Assembly (NCBI GenBank): GCA_964106645.2
Contig: OZ067043.1
From: Podarcis pityusensis
Taxonomy: Eukaryota
Length of the DNA: 64,000 nucleotides
Strand: one strand, 5' to 3'
Shown here: positions 23,150 through 36,744 of the stretch, piece after piece
How the letters are laid out: each line of letters opens with the position of its first letter
How positions within the stretch are numbered: the first letter of the stretch is position 1
Made by a program: the position numbers and the translations under genes
Notes under the pieces: generated by a model
The model's input: only the letters and a program-made list of their open reading frames with translations
The model's database searches: none
Told to the model about the DNA's origin: nothing

Positions 23150-23400
23150 GTGAGTGCCAGCCCTTGTGGGCTGTAAATCCTGCTGCCCAGCTGAGGAGGT
23201 TGAGCGGTTTATTGCTCAAGGCCAGGCCCATGAATCAGGCAGAGGTGTCGGAAGACGCATTAACTCGTAGCCTTTGCTCAGTTGCTGTGTGGTTCCAGGA
23301 GGGGCCCTGGAGGCAGCGATTAAAGGCGGCACCTTCCCCTTTCAGTTTTATGGTAAGAGGAAAGCAGTAAATTAGAGGCCCAGAGGCTTTAGGGCAGGCC
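23150..23400. promoter_or_regulatory. Candidate conserved non-coding element
   Basis: CpG retention, TTTATTG, TTTATGG 23347, TAAATTA, E-box CAGCTG. Confidence 0.45.
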
Positions 23401-25156
23401 TCGCCCTGACATTGCTACCTGCTGCTGCCCTGACAGCAAGCAAGTTAGGCCCAGTCCAGCCCTGGGACAGAGAGCTTTCCAGTGGACTGAGGAGCGAGAT
23501 CTGTAGTGTGAGAGAGCTGATTTGTAACAACTCTCCTTGGATAACTTTGAATTTGGGTCTGTATACAGGTGGCTTTTCCAGCACAACAAACATTTATTCT
23601 TCTTTACAGGCAAATACACATAACGCACAGGCAGTGCCACAAACTCTGTGTATGGTATATAAGGCCCCAAAGTGTATAAGTTTCATAACATGGGAATCAC
23701 CCAGTTGGATTGGAAGTAGAAAAGCTGTACCTGTGAATGTTGACAAAAATTGTGACATGTCTTTGATGTTCACTTTGGGGACCAAGGACAGGGTGAGCTT
23801 GAGCAAAATAATAACTTGAGAGCAAGTAGGTCCTATGCAATTGCTTATACAGTGATGTCCACTTAACCACTTCAGTATCTTTAGTTCTTCCTACAAAGGA
23901 CTTATTCTCATGTTGCTATTGTTGTTAATATTGTACACATATTTTATCCTCGCCTGAATGTTTTCTCAAGTTATGGAAACCTGACAAAGGGTGCTTGGTC
24001 CTCGCCTCTTAGGATAGTTTGCATTTCCTGGTTTGCCCATTTCTGCATTCATTTAATGTTGAGAAGCATCGTAGGGAATATGGGAGACACAGGCATGTTG
24101 TAAGACTGAGAAAAATAACAGAAATTTACAGCCACACATTTAAGAGGTGACACCAAACTGTGTGCTTGCCTGCAGGACTGCTCGTGATAGTGTTATGCAA
24201 CACAGTAGAAAGAAATCCATAGCTGATTAGTGAGTTGTGTGAGGGCATTGTTTGCTGATTGGACATTTATGGGAAATTGGAGTAAGTACAGAGAAGAGGA
24301 AAAAGGATGAAAGATGAAGAATGTTAGACATATCCAGCTGAAGAAAAAAAGTTTACTTTATTTAGCTTGAAACTGACTTCCATTTAATAGAAGCTGCCTT
24401 CATTACTTAGCATGTTAAGCCTTTAGATCAGGCTTCCCTCTTGAAGAATCACTGTGGACTTTGATGCATGTCCTATGAAGAACTTGAGGACTGATTGCTT
24501 TATCATAAAATATGATCCATTATGTGAGACACTTATTTAAGAAGAACATGATTGATTCTTTTGTCATCAAAGTTAATTTCTATGAGTCAGTGTCTTAACA
24601 AACACATGGTGACTGCTACTGTGGTGTCACAACTTGTGGCATTGGTGGTGTGGCACAAGGCAGTCTGGAATACCAGCACAACATCATGGTTCAAACAATG
24701 GCCACCTTCAACATTCACAGGGAGTTGTGTCCACCACTGCAGGCATGAAGTTTTGCTCATGCACTGGGATTTCCCCTCCCTGTCTCCTTCAGTCCCCTCC
24801 CCCATCCCCAAATGTGCTCTGGAGGGTCTTCCAACCCTCTGGAGCAGATTCTGAGGGTGCATTGGGGACTGCAGGGGAGAGGAGAAGGGAATTTTTTGTT
24901 GCACAAGTAGAGCAGCAGCAGCATTAAATATGAAGCAACAGGGCTGGAACTAAAGATGCTACTAGAAGCCCAGAGCTGCTGCCACTCAGTAACTCTCCCC
25001 ACTTCTTGGTAACATCTAGTATAACCTAACCTTTGACATAGTGTTATCATGTTGCCTGTTTCCCCCCTCTGTCTCCCTGACAGCCAATAATATAATGTAG
25101 GAATGGGGATATGCACAACACAATCACTTTGAGTTACATAATGTGTTACGTTAGAC

Positions 25157-25259
25157 CAGCTTTCCCCAACCTGATGACATCCATGTGTTTTGGACTTCAG
25201 CTCCCATCAGCACAGTTGTAGTCTAAAACATCTAAAGGGCATCAGATTGGGGAAGACTG
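25157..25259. mobile_element. Short palindromic MITE (hAT-Charlie-like)
   Basis: TIR cagctttccccaa / ttggggaagactg, flanks cgttagac/tactagac. Confidence 0.7.
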
Positions 25260-27717
25260 TACTAGACATTGCCAGGAAGAGGGAAGAAAGATGGAGCAGC
25301 TGCTACTCTGTGTCTCTGATAACGTCTTTCTTGTGCATGACAGTGTGAGGTGAAATATTTGTGTGGGGCTTTGCAAGTGTTCCAGTTTTGTCATCCATTT
25401 TATCGGTTGTACCAGAGGCGTCCCTGGTGCCTGGGTATGTCTTAATACCCCTAGCACCACTGTAAGATGTCTGCCAAGGGAAATGTTTCTTTTTTTCCTT
25501 TTTGTATTGCTTGCCTTTTGGCCTAGAAAGGCAGCAGCCTCTTTTCCTCTGAAACCTTTTTATGACTCCGGGTATAATTAACTCAAGCCATAAAAATTTT
25601 TCGAATCCAAATAGATATAATTAACATTTAATGTCACCGGGTTTTTTGTGGATAGTCAAGACTATTAAGAAGTGAGTATTGATTGAAGAGGTGAAGCAGA
25701 TGTTTCAGTTATTGGATCAGGACATCAGAGGGAAGAGGGAGCCAGGAAGCTGTGCTGGAGCTGGTCCAGTGACACTTCTGTGCCTCCTGGAAGAGATTGG
25801 TATGCTAGGAAAAAGGCAGAGATTTTGTAAGTATTTTGCAGAACTCCTCCTCTCTTGCACTTGGCCTCCTCCTCCTGCTGCTGCATAAGGGAAAGACAGG
25901 GGAAGCAACAACTGGCTGGTGGCAGCAGCCACAGCAGGAGGAGGCCAAGCACAAGAGAAGAGGAACCTCCAGCCATTGAAGCTGCGCTGCTGCCACACTC
26001 GGCTCCTGCCGCTGTCCCAACATCACGTGTGCTCCATTGGCCTCCTCTCAATCTTCTGCGCAAGTAGGTCTCTCTGCCTTTGAGCATGGTTACCTAAGAC
26101 TCCTGCTGGCCAGTCTGTATGTCAAGAAAGTAAACTGCAGAGGTGCTTTTTTCTGAAGTCAAAGCTGTTTGAGGTATAAATTCAGAAATAGAAAAAGTGA
26201 TCAGTATCTACATAGAGTCAAACTACACCCCACAAAGTTTTAGCCATATGCTTCAGTATTGCACCCAATAGTCAAGCAACTGTTTAATCCAACTATGGTA
26301 AACCAAAACCAAGGTTATTCTGGTAAGAAGGGGGAAATGGAATTGCTCTTTGGCAACATTGGATAGAATTGCAGATCTAGCCTACAAAATGGCTAAACTA
26401 AATATGACATGTTAGCTGTTGGGGTGCTAGCCTTTGAGGATTGGGGAACTGGAGGAAGTGGTACATTCCAGGAAGGCCTGTACAACAACATACCTGTATG
26501 GTGTGTTTGAATTCACTTTAAATTGTCAGAAACCCTTATTTTAGTTATTAGTTACATTTCTTTCATACACACTCAGTTTTAAAAATGCTGTCAGGAAGAC
26601 TTTAGAGCTGGAGGGCCCATGTATTCCTCAAGATCCATCATAGCACCTCTTATTGGTCATGTCATAACTAAAGTGATCTTGACTGGACAGTTGCTGCTCA
26701 TCTCCCACTGGCAGCTGTTTAATACCGATGAATGGTAACAACTACTTGGCATGGGCTGCCAGATATCTTTTCCCTTCCTGGTTCTTATTTAGCTCCCTAA
26801 CCCCTGGCCTCAATCCTGACTGATTATGCATCTGTTTTCCCTGGTCCTGCAGCATATCTGATTTGAGCATGACCCCTTGGGCCAAGCCTTGCCTCCTTGC
26901 TAGATCCTAGGGCTCTTTAGATGACATTCTTGGCTGATTCCCCTGCCAGACCTGCTTGGGAAGTGCCAGGCTGGGTGAGAGAGTGATGGCATGCCATATT
27001 TTGTGTGCCCCCTGATCCTGGGAGCAAGACTTCCAAGCCCTGGGATTGATTGGGGCTTCTGATGCTGACAGATGACATGAGCACAGGAACATGAGGCAGG
27101 TCAGCAGAGCAGAAACCAGCAAACGCAAAGAAACAGGCTGCATTGAGTTTAATAAATAAAAACAGTGACATGCTGTGCTAGGGCTAGGAGTAGGAGGCTA
27201 GCCCTGCACCAGCAGCTTCTGGCACCCCTCTGTAGCTGACACCAACGTACCAGCTCTGGATTCACCCCAAATGCCCTAGACAGCACAGAGCTGCCTTTCT
27301 CTGCCCACACACAAACTCTGATTGTTTGGGAGCATCTCCTGCCCTGGATGTTTTGTGTTCCTTGTACCGATCAGTGATTATCATGGTAAGGAGGAAGGAA
27401 ACACTGTTGGCATCTGTGTGCTGGCATCTCCATAGAATTTTATTCACCTTTGCTCACATGTTTTAAGATACTCAAATTGGTACAGCACTGTAGCTTTCTG
27501 AGTTCTTTAAGTAGCCATCTTTCATTCCTCACCTGACCATTGAAAGTAGGAGCCATTCTTGTCCAGTATCCAGAAAAATATAAAAAATGTATACCAAAAA
27601 TAATGGGATTGGGCTATTACAACAGAGGACCATTTTCTACTTTTCCCACGTTGGCAAGACCAGCTGGGTGGACATTTTAGCCAATATAAGGGCCTCCTCA
27701 GATCTTCTTCCTCCCCT

Positions 27718-28090
27718 AATAATAATAATTTGTTATTATTTATACCCCGCCCATCTGGCTAGGTTTCCCCAGCTACTCTGGGCAGCTCCCAACAGAATTA
27801 AAAACACAACGAAACATCAAACATTTAAAACTTCCCTAAACAGGGCTGCCTTCAGATGTCTTCTAAAAGTCAGACAGGGTGGGCGCCACTACCGATAAGG
27901 CCCTCTGCCTGGTTCACTTCTTGCAGGGAGGGAACCACCAAAAGGCCCTCGGAGCTGGACCTCAGTGTCCGGGCTGAATGTTGGGGGTGAAGACAGTCCT
28001 TCAGGGATACTGGGCCGAGGCTGTTGAGGGCTTTAAAGGTCAACACCGACAGTTTGAATTGTGCTCGGAAATGTACTGGGAGCCAATGTA
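27718..28090 (-). mobile_element. Relatively young L2 LINE 3' end
   Basis: Minus strand encodes LHWLPVHFRAQFKLSVLTFKALNSLGPVSLKDCL...RTLRSSSEGLLVVP. (att)n tail. Confidence 0.88.
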
Positions 28091-29498
28091 CAAGTCTCTA
28101 TCCATTTTGATGTGAAGGAATTGGAATTGCAAAGTAAAATTTTGCCTATATGATTCCAGGACTTATTTTTTAAGGGACAACATCAAGGGGAACTTGGCAA
28201 CAGGGTGGAGACACAAGGCCTTGCACATTTTCTATGTAACCTCAGAAAAACTTCCTGGGAGGCAAAGGAGGCAATTTCAAACAGCCCTTTTGGAAGAGGA
28301 TTATAATGTGGAGAGACAAAGGGGTGGGAGGCCTCATGAGTCTCTCCCTAATCTAACATGGCAGTGTTGGTGGAGATTACAGATATGAACATTCCTGAGG
28401 AAGCCCTCTTGGCACAAATGGACATGTAGCCACACTTGGGCAATGTGTTGTCCACCCACACTTGGGGAGGAGAGGCAGAACTGTCCACAACGTGCAATTG
28501 GAGTTGAATCCTAACAATTCTAACTGATGTAATAAAGTGTCAAGTGACTGAATATCTGGCCTTGTAGTTAACTTGATGCATTAAACTTGTGGTTTGGTCC
28601 TAGCAATCCTGTGGGCATATTTTTCCACCTAATCCTGCAGCAATCCATAAATTATGTATGAGGTTGTCCTGTGTTTGTGTGTTTAATAGAAGTTTTTCAA
28701 ACTGTAAATTCTAGCAGGTAGGTTTTCAGTATTTGATATTTCAGGCTGAGAAATTGGCGAGTACCCCACTTTGCACTTTTGGGATAGGGAAGGCATCACA
28801 GGGTCACTGTTGGAGAGGGATGAGGGACTCAAGGTGTTATACACCAAGCTCCTTGAGACCTCTGGCACACTTAAGTGCATGCGCTGTTCTTCTGACCACT
28901 ACCAGCCTGCAGACCCTTCAGAGGATTCAGCTGTCATAGTGGAGAAGACTGCTTGGATAGAAGTAGAGTCAAAGCAATACTTCACCATGCTACAACTCTC
29001 TGTGAAAACTGGGCAGTATCTCCCCACTTTTCTTTGGGGCAGCCTTCAAATACTTCCGTTGCCAAGGCCTTGTGGGTATCTGAATGGAGAGGCAGTTTGC
29101 ATTCAGAAAGAATCATTTTGGGGGATTTGGGAACTACCTTCACCAGTGCGTCTGCATTAAGAGATGGGTTTTGCAGCATTTGCTGCTTCCAGGTAAATTC
29201 CAGTTCCAGGGTTTCATAAAGTTCCCATTGAAACTGTAGCCAGCAGCAACTGAAATCATATTGCAGCACTTCATCTAGCAGTGTTGCAGTTATCTTTCAG
29301 TATATGCTTTTCCCAGCATAGAACCCTTGCATGTTATAATCATTTTTGCTATTAACAACGCCTTATTGGCATCCCAAAGTTACCTGTAGATCTGCAGACA
29401 TGGCTACACTGCCTCCCCTCTCTCCTGCAATCAGAGTCTGTCTATCTCTACTATAATATCAGCCTGTTTCTCTTTAGAGTTGGATGGAGTTTGAGAAG

Positions 29499-29589
29499 GT
29501 TTCAGGCAAGGGTCTCTACCTGCCTACCTGGAGTGAACCTTGGACCTTCTGCATGCAAAGCACCTGCTCTACCACTGAGCTACAGCCCT
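29499..29589 (-). mobile_element. Squam2-like SINE 5' part
   Basis: Reverse complement agggctgtagctcagtggtagagcaggtgctttgcatgcagaaggtcc is a tRNA-Ala-like head. Confidence 0.75.
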
Positions 29590-30026
29590 TTCCTAAGATT
29601 AACTAGATTGCACTGAGTAATTCATGTAAGCCTTTTAGAACAGTCCATTCATGTTTCCTGAATGCTCATTCTTCCTCTTCTTGCAATTGCAAACTCTGTC
29701 TTTTGCTACTTCAAAAATAACCCATGCATCAAGACATGTCAATATGGTGCAGTGTGTCAAATAAAGGGGGGAAAGAGCCTTAAAACTGGATAGTGATAGG
29801 GACAGATTTAATTTCTGCAGAAATCAAGTAGCTGGAGAAAACAGGGTGGTGGGTGTGGTGAACAGGTATATAGTGCAGTGATGCAGATTCAGTTCCTCCT
29901 GCTCGCCTGTCTATGTTGTAATAGAGTTGGGGTGGAAAGCTGGCCAGGATGAATGTCAGCATGACAGGTGCAAATTAGTTGTAGGAAGAGTTTTTATTTT
30001 TAGGTTGTAGTCCTATACATACTTAC

Positions 30027-30419
30027 CAGTGACATGCAATTAATTTTTTTTATAGGGGAATAGTTAAGGCCAGAGGCACCAGCATGTAAGGGGAATGGGC
30101 GGGGGCACAACTTCATGCATGTGATATTGTGAAGTCCTGACGTTGTGCATGTGAGCATTGCGCCTCCCTAAGCCTGACAGAAGCTTCTTGGGCTTTGCAA
30201 AGGAGATGCCAGAGCTCTGACAGGATGCTAGAATCCTCCTGTCTCCTTCCGAAAGCCGATGGGCTTTAGCATTATGACAGGACAGATCTTGGACCCATCA
30301 GAGCCTTGCACCTCCCTCCCTAAGCTGAGCAGAAGCTTCCTGGGCTTTGGGAAGGAGGCACCAGGGGAACATTTAGGGGACTAGCCTAGTTCCCTTAGTC
30401 CAATGACCGCACGGCACTG
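30027..30419. mobile_element. hAT-type element nested in an about 85-bp MITE (30003-30495)
   Basis: TIR cagtgacatgc / gcacggcactg, 8-bp TSD atacttac/atacttgt. Internal about 50-bp direct repeat near 30163 and 30315. Confidence 0.7.
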
Positions 30420-30999
30420 ATACTTGTCTGTGAATTTCTCACTGAACTCAGTGGGACTTACGGTACTTCTGAATAGATATGCATAGGATTGCTCAGTTAA
30501 AAGATTTTATGCAAAAGCCCTCAAAAGGAGAATATTAAATAGTGAAAGACCACAAAATAAGTTGCAGGCTGCATAACCCCCTTGTGCAAATATCAGCTGC
30601 AGTGCATGAAGAAAGCTGCCCTCTTAGATCTTTAACGGTCAGTGGTAATGGTGGGATGAGCTCCTGAAAAGACACAGGTGCAAGAACAATGATTGCACAA
30701 GTGATCTCCCAATCTCTTGACTTGGCTACACATTGGCTGACATTGAATCAATTGCTGAATAGTCCAGACCACCCTGGCCATGTAGCAAATTTTAATTGTC
30801 CTAGAGACTTGTACCATGATAGACACAACTTGCATACTGGAAACCACTGGTATTTTTCTCAGGATATTTCAAGTTCCCCCAATTCTGGTCCTCAAGACTG
30901 AACAGAGTACTTCTAAAACATATATATTATATATTTGACTGAACACAGTACTGTAGTTGATGGCTAGCAGGGCTGCATAGAAGTGCATTGACTAGTTTT

Positions 31000-31432
31000 T
31001 CTTTATCTTTAGATTCGTTATATCCCTCTTTTTGGCCAAAGTCTTTGAAGTGGCTCACAATGAGACCATCATATAAACTACAGACAATAAAACAAAATAC
31101 TTATCTTCAAACATAGTTGTTAATACCACTAATACAACCTTAAAAGTAGGAATTGAAAAACAATAACAAATAATTTTAATTCAGGGTTCACGAGTTAAAC
31201 ATCTGTCCTGTTTAACTCGGGGGGGGGGGGAGTGCATGCTGGAAAAGGTGAAGAGAGAAATTCCCTGAGCAAGTTTGGGGTGCCACACCTGAGAAGAACC
31301 TAAATCTTATAGCTGTCTGCTGTACACCAGACAGCAGGAACACTTAAAACAGGGTTTTCCGAAATTATATTAAAACACGGGAAGGGACATGTGGAGGATA
31401 TACTCCTCCAGATAGCCAAAACCCAAACTGTT
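31000..31432 (-). mobile_element. Old L2 LINE 3' end
   Basis: L2 tail pattern plus ttccctgagcaagtttggggtgccacacctgagaagaacc (reverse complement resembles the AFSxxAPxLWNxLP region). Confidence 0.55.
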
Positions 31433-31519
31433 TTATTATCTCAGTTCCCACCTTATTTTGGTTGACATTTCTCATGCTTATTTTATCATGCAGCAAACCC
31501 TTCTCTATTGCTACTATTT

Positions 31520-31748
31520 AGCCATTTATTTTCCTATTTTGTATTTGAGGTTTTTGGCCTGTGTTATCATTTTCTTGGAATTTAATTTTACGTGTCCAGT
31601 ACTCTCAATTTATCAAGAGGGTCTTGAATGTTAATATTTCCTTCCAAAGTGTTCATGGTCCCTTCCAGCTTTGTGTCATCGGCAACTTTGATAAGTGTGC
31701 CCTACTCTTTTATCCAAGCCATTAATAAAAAGGTTGAATAGCAACATG
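31520..31748 (-). mobile_element. CR1 LINE RT fragment
   Basis: Minus strand LFNLFINGLDK / TLIKVADDTKLEG, matching the CR1 FADDTKL motif. Confidence 0.75.
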
Positions 31749-32989
31749 CTTGAGATAATCTAATTACATTACTTTGGGCTGGAATGCATTCAGGATTAGC
31801 TCTTAGCCACTGGGTCACATTCTGTTCCCTCTGCTGGATCAAGCACTTCCTTCAAACTTTGGTTTAAGCTTGCTCCCCTGAAGCCAGAGATCTGAGAGTG
31901 ATAGCATAGTCTTGCATTGGTGGAAGATGCAGGATGGCGGGTGAGCTTGTGGGGCAAGGCGCCTGGGGAGCTGTTCATCTAATTCCAGGAGGAGAAGTGT
32001 GTCAGCCTGAGCAAAATTGGCTGGCTGCTGGATTTATTCATTTTCCCTTGTCTCTGCCTTGTGGCAGGTGTTATGCTAAGAGCCTTCGCCGTACAGCCAT
32101 CTCGCTAAAGCCCAGGGCGGCTTAGCACTTTAAATGGTTTTGCTGCCACTGCAGTGATCCATGCTTGTCAACAATTTGAGAGCCCTGGAGAGTGTCCACA
32201 CAAACAAGATGGTAGAGGAGGAGGAAGCAGCCAGCAGCAAAGCTAAAACAGGTACAAATGTATCCAGCCTAGACATGAGGATAAGCTATTCAGCTTCTCT
32301 TATTGTATATGAAATATTACTTACCTGTGTATGAACTGATTTATATCAGAATTCTAGAAATTTCTCTCATCTCTGCACAAAAGCATGATGCATTTCTTCT
32401 TTTCCAATGGCTAAATGTTAAGCACAGAGCCAAGGTTAGGACACTTAAATGCCAACAAGCAAGTAAAATCAGGTTTGAACAATTTCTGCATTCAATGGCC
32501 AGCATGGTAGGGACAACATTCCCACTCACCCCAGTCTTTATTTACAAGGCCAGAGCAAGAAATTGTATCCAGAAAGATTATATTTCCAATTGAAAATATT
32601 ACCCTACCTACATGACTGGTATGGAATATAACCAAGCACGCAGACTCCTAAACAAAACAACCTGAGTTCTTGATGACCAGGGTGTCTCATAAAGTTTCTG
32701 AAAAATCTAAGTCATTTACACACAGGTGTTTGATGTGGATTCCCAAGGTAGCTAGTTCACTGTATCCAGAAGGAAGTTAAATTTTGAAACAGTGATCAAT
32801 ACAATTAGATTGGTGTATGGAGCACTGAAACCTGCTCCCAGAAACGGAATTGCTTCTATGGAAGTACTGTATTAAAGGCATGTGCAGCCAGGCTGAACCA
32901 AAAGTGGTTGGCCTCTGAAGCCAGCTTGTGGTGTTCAAACAGTGTTGTAGATCTTGTTATGTGTTAGCATCAGGTGCTTTATCATTAAT

Positions 32990-33165
32990 ATTTTTATTTA
33001 TTTACTAAATATCTATACCACCCTTCATCTGAGGATCACAGGGTGGTTTACAATATAAACACACAATAATGCATACCACAATAACAATAACACAGTACCC
33101 CGCCCCCCAGTTTAAAATGCCATAGATTGTTTAATTAGCCAAAGGTATGGGAGAAGAGGTGCATG
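32990..33165 (-). mobile_element. L2 LINE 3' tail
   Basis: tttttattatttactaaatatctataccacccttcatctgaggatcacagggtggtttacaa. Confidence 0.65.
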
Positions 33166-33899
33166 AAAAGAGTCACAATGTGGGCTATACTTTGCTTTTT
33201 ATGCTGAAAGCACACGGCTGTTTAAAGATTTTGTAGCCAGCTCCAGTTGCCTGATATTGATGGGAGAATCATGAGACTTCAAAAACAGAGGGGGTTCTTT
33301 GGTTTTTTGTTTCCAAATCATTATCACATGAAACACCTATGCTTAGTCAAAGACACTTTGAAGGAACTTTTATTTTATTGACATTTATATCTTAATACTC
33401 ATGTTTTAAGGTGTGTGTCCTGCTCTCTTGAAAATGGTTAAATGAATGCATATTTCACTATGAAGACCATGTAGGGAGAGAAAAAACAAAGCTACTGACC
33501 AAAAGTGCATCTGAGCAGCAAATTGGACATAAATAATCATACTCTTGACTGATCCTAGCACATAGGTGACAGACAAATTAAGACCATGAGATTTTGAGGT
33601 GCATGTCAGTAAGCACTGGGTGTAACTCTTGGTCAGTTGGTTCCCTCTTGGGTACAAATTGTTCTCACTGGACTAGAATCTGTGGAGCAAATGGCCAACA
33701 ATCTATAAGCCACCTGGCCATTACATAATCTAGGCCCTTTTCCATATTTTTATGTTTTGTTTTGCTAGTTCTGCTTGCCATCTCAGGTGGTGCTGGTGGT
33801 AAAACAATCTCCATGAGTCAAGGCAATGGTGCTGTGGCCTGCAGGATACCTAGCGTCATATTCCTCATATCTGGCAGGATTTGATATGGTTTCAGTTAT

Positions 33900-34350
33900 C
33901 CAGCACAATGGAAAATTGTTAATCACATGACTCTTTCCCAAGGAGAGGGAGAAATGACTTTAACAGCATTGGTGGGTTAACGGCTTGGCCTCGCTGATAT
34001 GGCAAGGAGTCCAGTTCATGTTTGGTTTTAATAACCATCCCTTATTGCTAGCAAAAAAGATTCAAAGCAAACAGGCAACAGGGCAGTCAGAAGCCCTGTT
34101 GCCTACAACTTTTTCTCCCAGCCCGCCCCATACATTTACCTAACGCTAATGAGATGTATTGATTGGAATGATGGGATTTGTAAAGGTCGTGGGGTGACAG
34201 TCCATAAAACCAGCTGTGCCGGATCTGCAGCATCAGGGCCGATGGGTCTGGGGGGACAGATTAAGCCTTTGCACTGCAAGAGCTGACATCAATTACCTTG
34301 CAGATGTGTGAGCAGTTATAATGTATCTTCCCATGAGGCAGTTAACTCCA
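33900..34350. promoter_or_regulatory. Candidate conserved non-coding element
   Basis: ACAATGG (SOX), TAATCA, TGACAG, CCATAAAA, TGATTGG; retains CpGs; repeat-free. Confidence 0.45.
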
Positions 34351-35843
34351 CAGAGGTTCCTTTCCCCTACTCAGTCCTCCAAAGCCTGTTGAGTTATCTG
34401 GTTTAATCTTAGTAAATCAGAAAGGGAGAGGGACGCAGAACTGCTTGTGCCGTACCCTCTTGGGAAGTGCTGGCCCACTTCCAATGCCTTTGTCATGTGC
34501 TGTGAATTCTGACTGAGTGATCAGCATAGATATGGTCCCGGAATCTAGACTGCCAGTTACCGTTTTGCATGATAGACACATGGTGTTTCTTTAAGGTCCT
34601 GGCAAGAATGCAGAGTGAACTTCAACACACACATACACATTTCACACCTGTAACAATAGATGACTTCTCCTTACCATGCGGCAGGAGATGCTTTCCCCTT
34701 GATGTTTCACTCCAGAACATGTGGAATGGTAAAAACAGTGGGCTGTGAGAAACTCTGGAACACAGTAAGGGATCGGCTTGAAGATATTTTTGAAGATGGA
34801 ACTTAAGGTAACTTAAATAACTGTCAATGCTTATCACTGCATTTGTTGTAAAACTGCCACTACCCATAAGCTCAGTTTGCATTAATCAGCACACTTTAGC
34901 CTGCATACCCTTAAGGAGGTGTTCCAAAATAAGGTATTTAAAATGCAGTTATCTCTTTTTACTAGTCCTTAAGATATTCATGCCCTATGCAATTTCAGTC
35001 ATTTGTGGTCAGCTTCTAATTTTTGCTTGTTTTTATTTTTGAAATGAAGAAATTGCTGATTAGAATCATGACAGCTTCTATCTAAGGGCATGTCTTTGCA
35101 GATCCCATTTTTAGATCTAGTACTCAGTCATCATCTAGTGAAAGATATCTCGTTTGAATTTGCTGTCTACTAATAAATATTTTTTCAAGGCCTATGAATG
35201 TGTCTTACTTCCAACCCAGCCAGGTTATACTACATGTTGAAAGTAGAGCAAGTATCAACAATATCTGGCCTGCCAGTCAACATAAGTCTTATAGTTTCCT
35301 CCTTTTGGCCCACTAATTCCTGGTCTGGATTATTAGTTGTTCTTTTGATGCTATCATTCCAGACCTAGTTCAGGATTTGGTGGAAAGCCACATTCCTGTT
35401 TATGTTGATTTGAATTTGGTGCATGAAGGCAGTGTGACCTAATCCCAGTTATTTCATTGTTTAGCCCTTTGTTGACTTCCATCCAAGTACTAAAATCTAA
35501 GCACTTCATCTCGACAGGTACATAGACCAGCATGTGCATCTATTCTAGTAATCACTCTCTGTGGTGGGTAGAGATTGATACTTAGGAGGATTTCAGATCC
35601 TTACTGTTAGCAACAGGTTTCTTATGCTGAAATGATGTATGGTATGCACATGGTCCACAATGTACCACAATGACAGGTCTGAGGCAGAGGGAGTTATTAG
35701 CCTGATCCTTGTTGTGCTCCAATGCCATAGATGGTACTACTGCTCTTTAGTCCAGGAGGATCTTTGGTACAGTATAATTTTTTTCTCAGTACAAGCACCT
35801 TGTTACTCAAGTTGCATTATGTAGTCTTATCCAATTCTCTTAC

Positions 35844-35905
35844 TTAAATGAGCTAGTGGTAGGTGATGTAGTTCAAGCTACGTCACCTACCACTAGTTCA
35901 TTTGA
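35844..35905. repeat. Near-perfect inverted repeat (probable small MITE core)
   Basis: aaatgagctagtggtaggtgatgtag / ctacgtcacctaccactagttcattt: 26-bp arms with two G-T mismatches. Confidence 0.85.
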
Positions 35906-36640
35906 TCTTTGTTTTCCTTCCTTGGAACCTGGCCATGCACTTTTGGGGAGCAAAGCTGCTTGCCTCTGGCTCTTAGGGCACTTTGTTGTTGGTTTTGAAC
36001 TGAACATACAATAATAAAAAATAATAAAAACTGAAAAGTGTATTTTATCTTAATGTTCACATTTCTAAATGTATTTTATCTTAAAATATATACATTTTAC
36101 ACATTTTAGTACAATTTATAAGTTGAAAACAGTTTTGCAAAATTTGGAGAAGTATGAAATCTGAAATATAGTTACATTCATCCTTAGTCAAAGAGGGGTA
36201 GACTACAGTGGAATTCATAGAAATCAAATTCTTCAGCCATCCACTACTTTGCCTCTGAACATCAACAGATCTTCATACTGACATATTTTCCCCAGAGGGA
36301 GAAGCATATGGTCCTCTGTTCAAGGTGCAGTCAAAAGATACAGACTACTGCATCTCACATTTAGTTTCAGCCTTGGATTGCCCTGCCTAGGCAATCCAAG
36401 GCTTGCCGCATCATGGGATGGAGTTGCTTCCTGTGGCTGCTGTAGTCCTAGTAAAATCCTCTAACCACAATAAACCAATGAAAATACATTTGTGAGCACC
36501 GGAAGACTCCACCTGATTTTGAAATTTTCCCCAGAGTATGTTGCCATGGGGGAATTTAATATTAAATCCCAGCAAACACCCTCACCCTCTGCTCTTAACT
36601 CATCCATGAATGTAGCAGCATCTGTTCTTTCTTCCACCCT

Positions 36641-36642
<2 letters not shown>

Positions 36643-36698
<56 letters not shown>

Positions 36699-36743
36699 GC
36701 AAGCGCGCTCTTGTGGGTTTGCTTGCTCTCTCTCTCTCTCTCC
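36643..36743. repeat. Compound microsatellite (GT)n(GA)n ... (CT)n
   Basis: Read directly from the sequence. Confidence 0.95.
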
Positions 36744-36744
36744 T

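Noticed and set aside
25679-26087. Five overlapping ORFs in a GC-rich patch
   Set aside because: Low-complexity cct/gca/gga repeats with internal inverted similarity; looks like a non-autonomous transposon interior, not an exon.
35849-35873. Superficial let-7 resemblance (tgagctagtggtaggtgatgtagtt)
   Set aside because: The seed differs, the sequence is longer than let-7, and the loop is far too short and the stem too perfect for a let-7 precursor.
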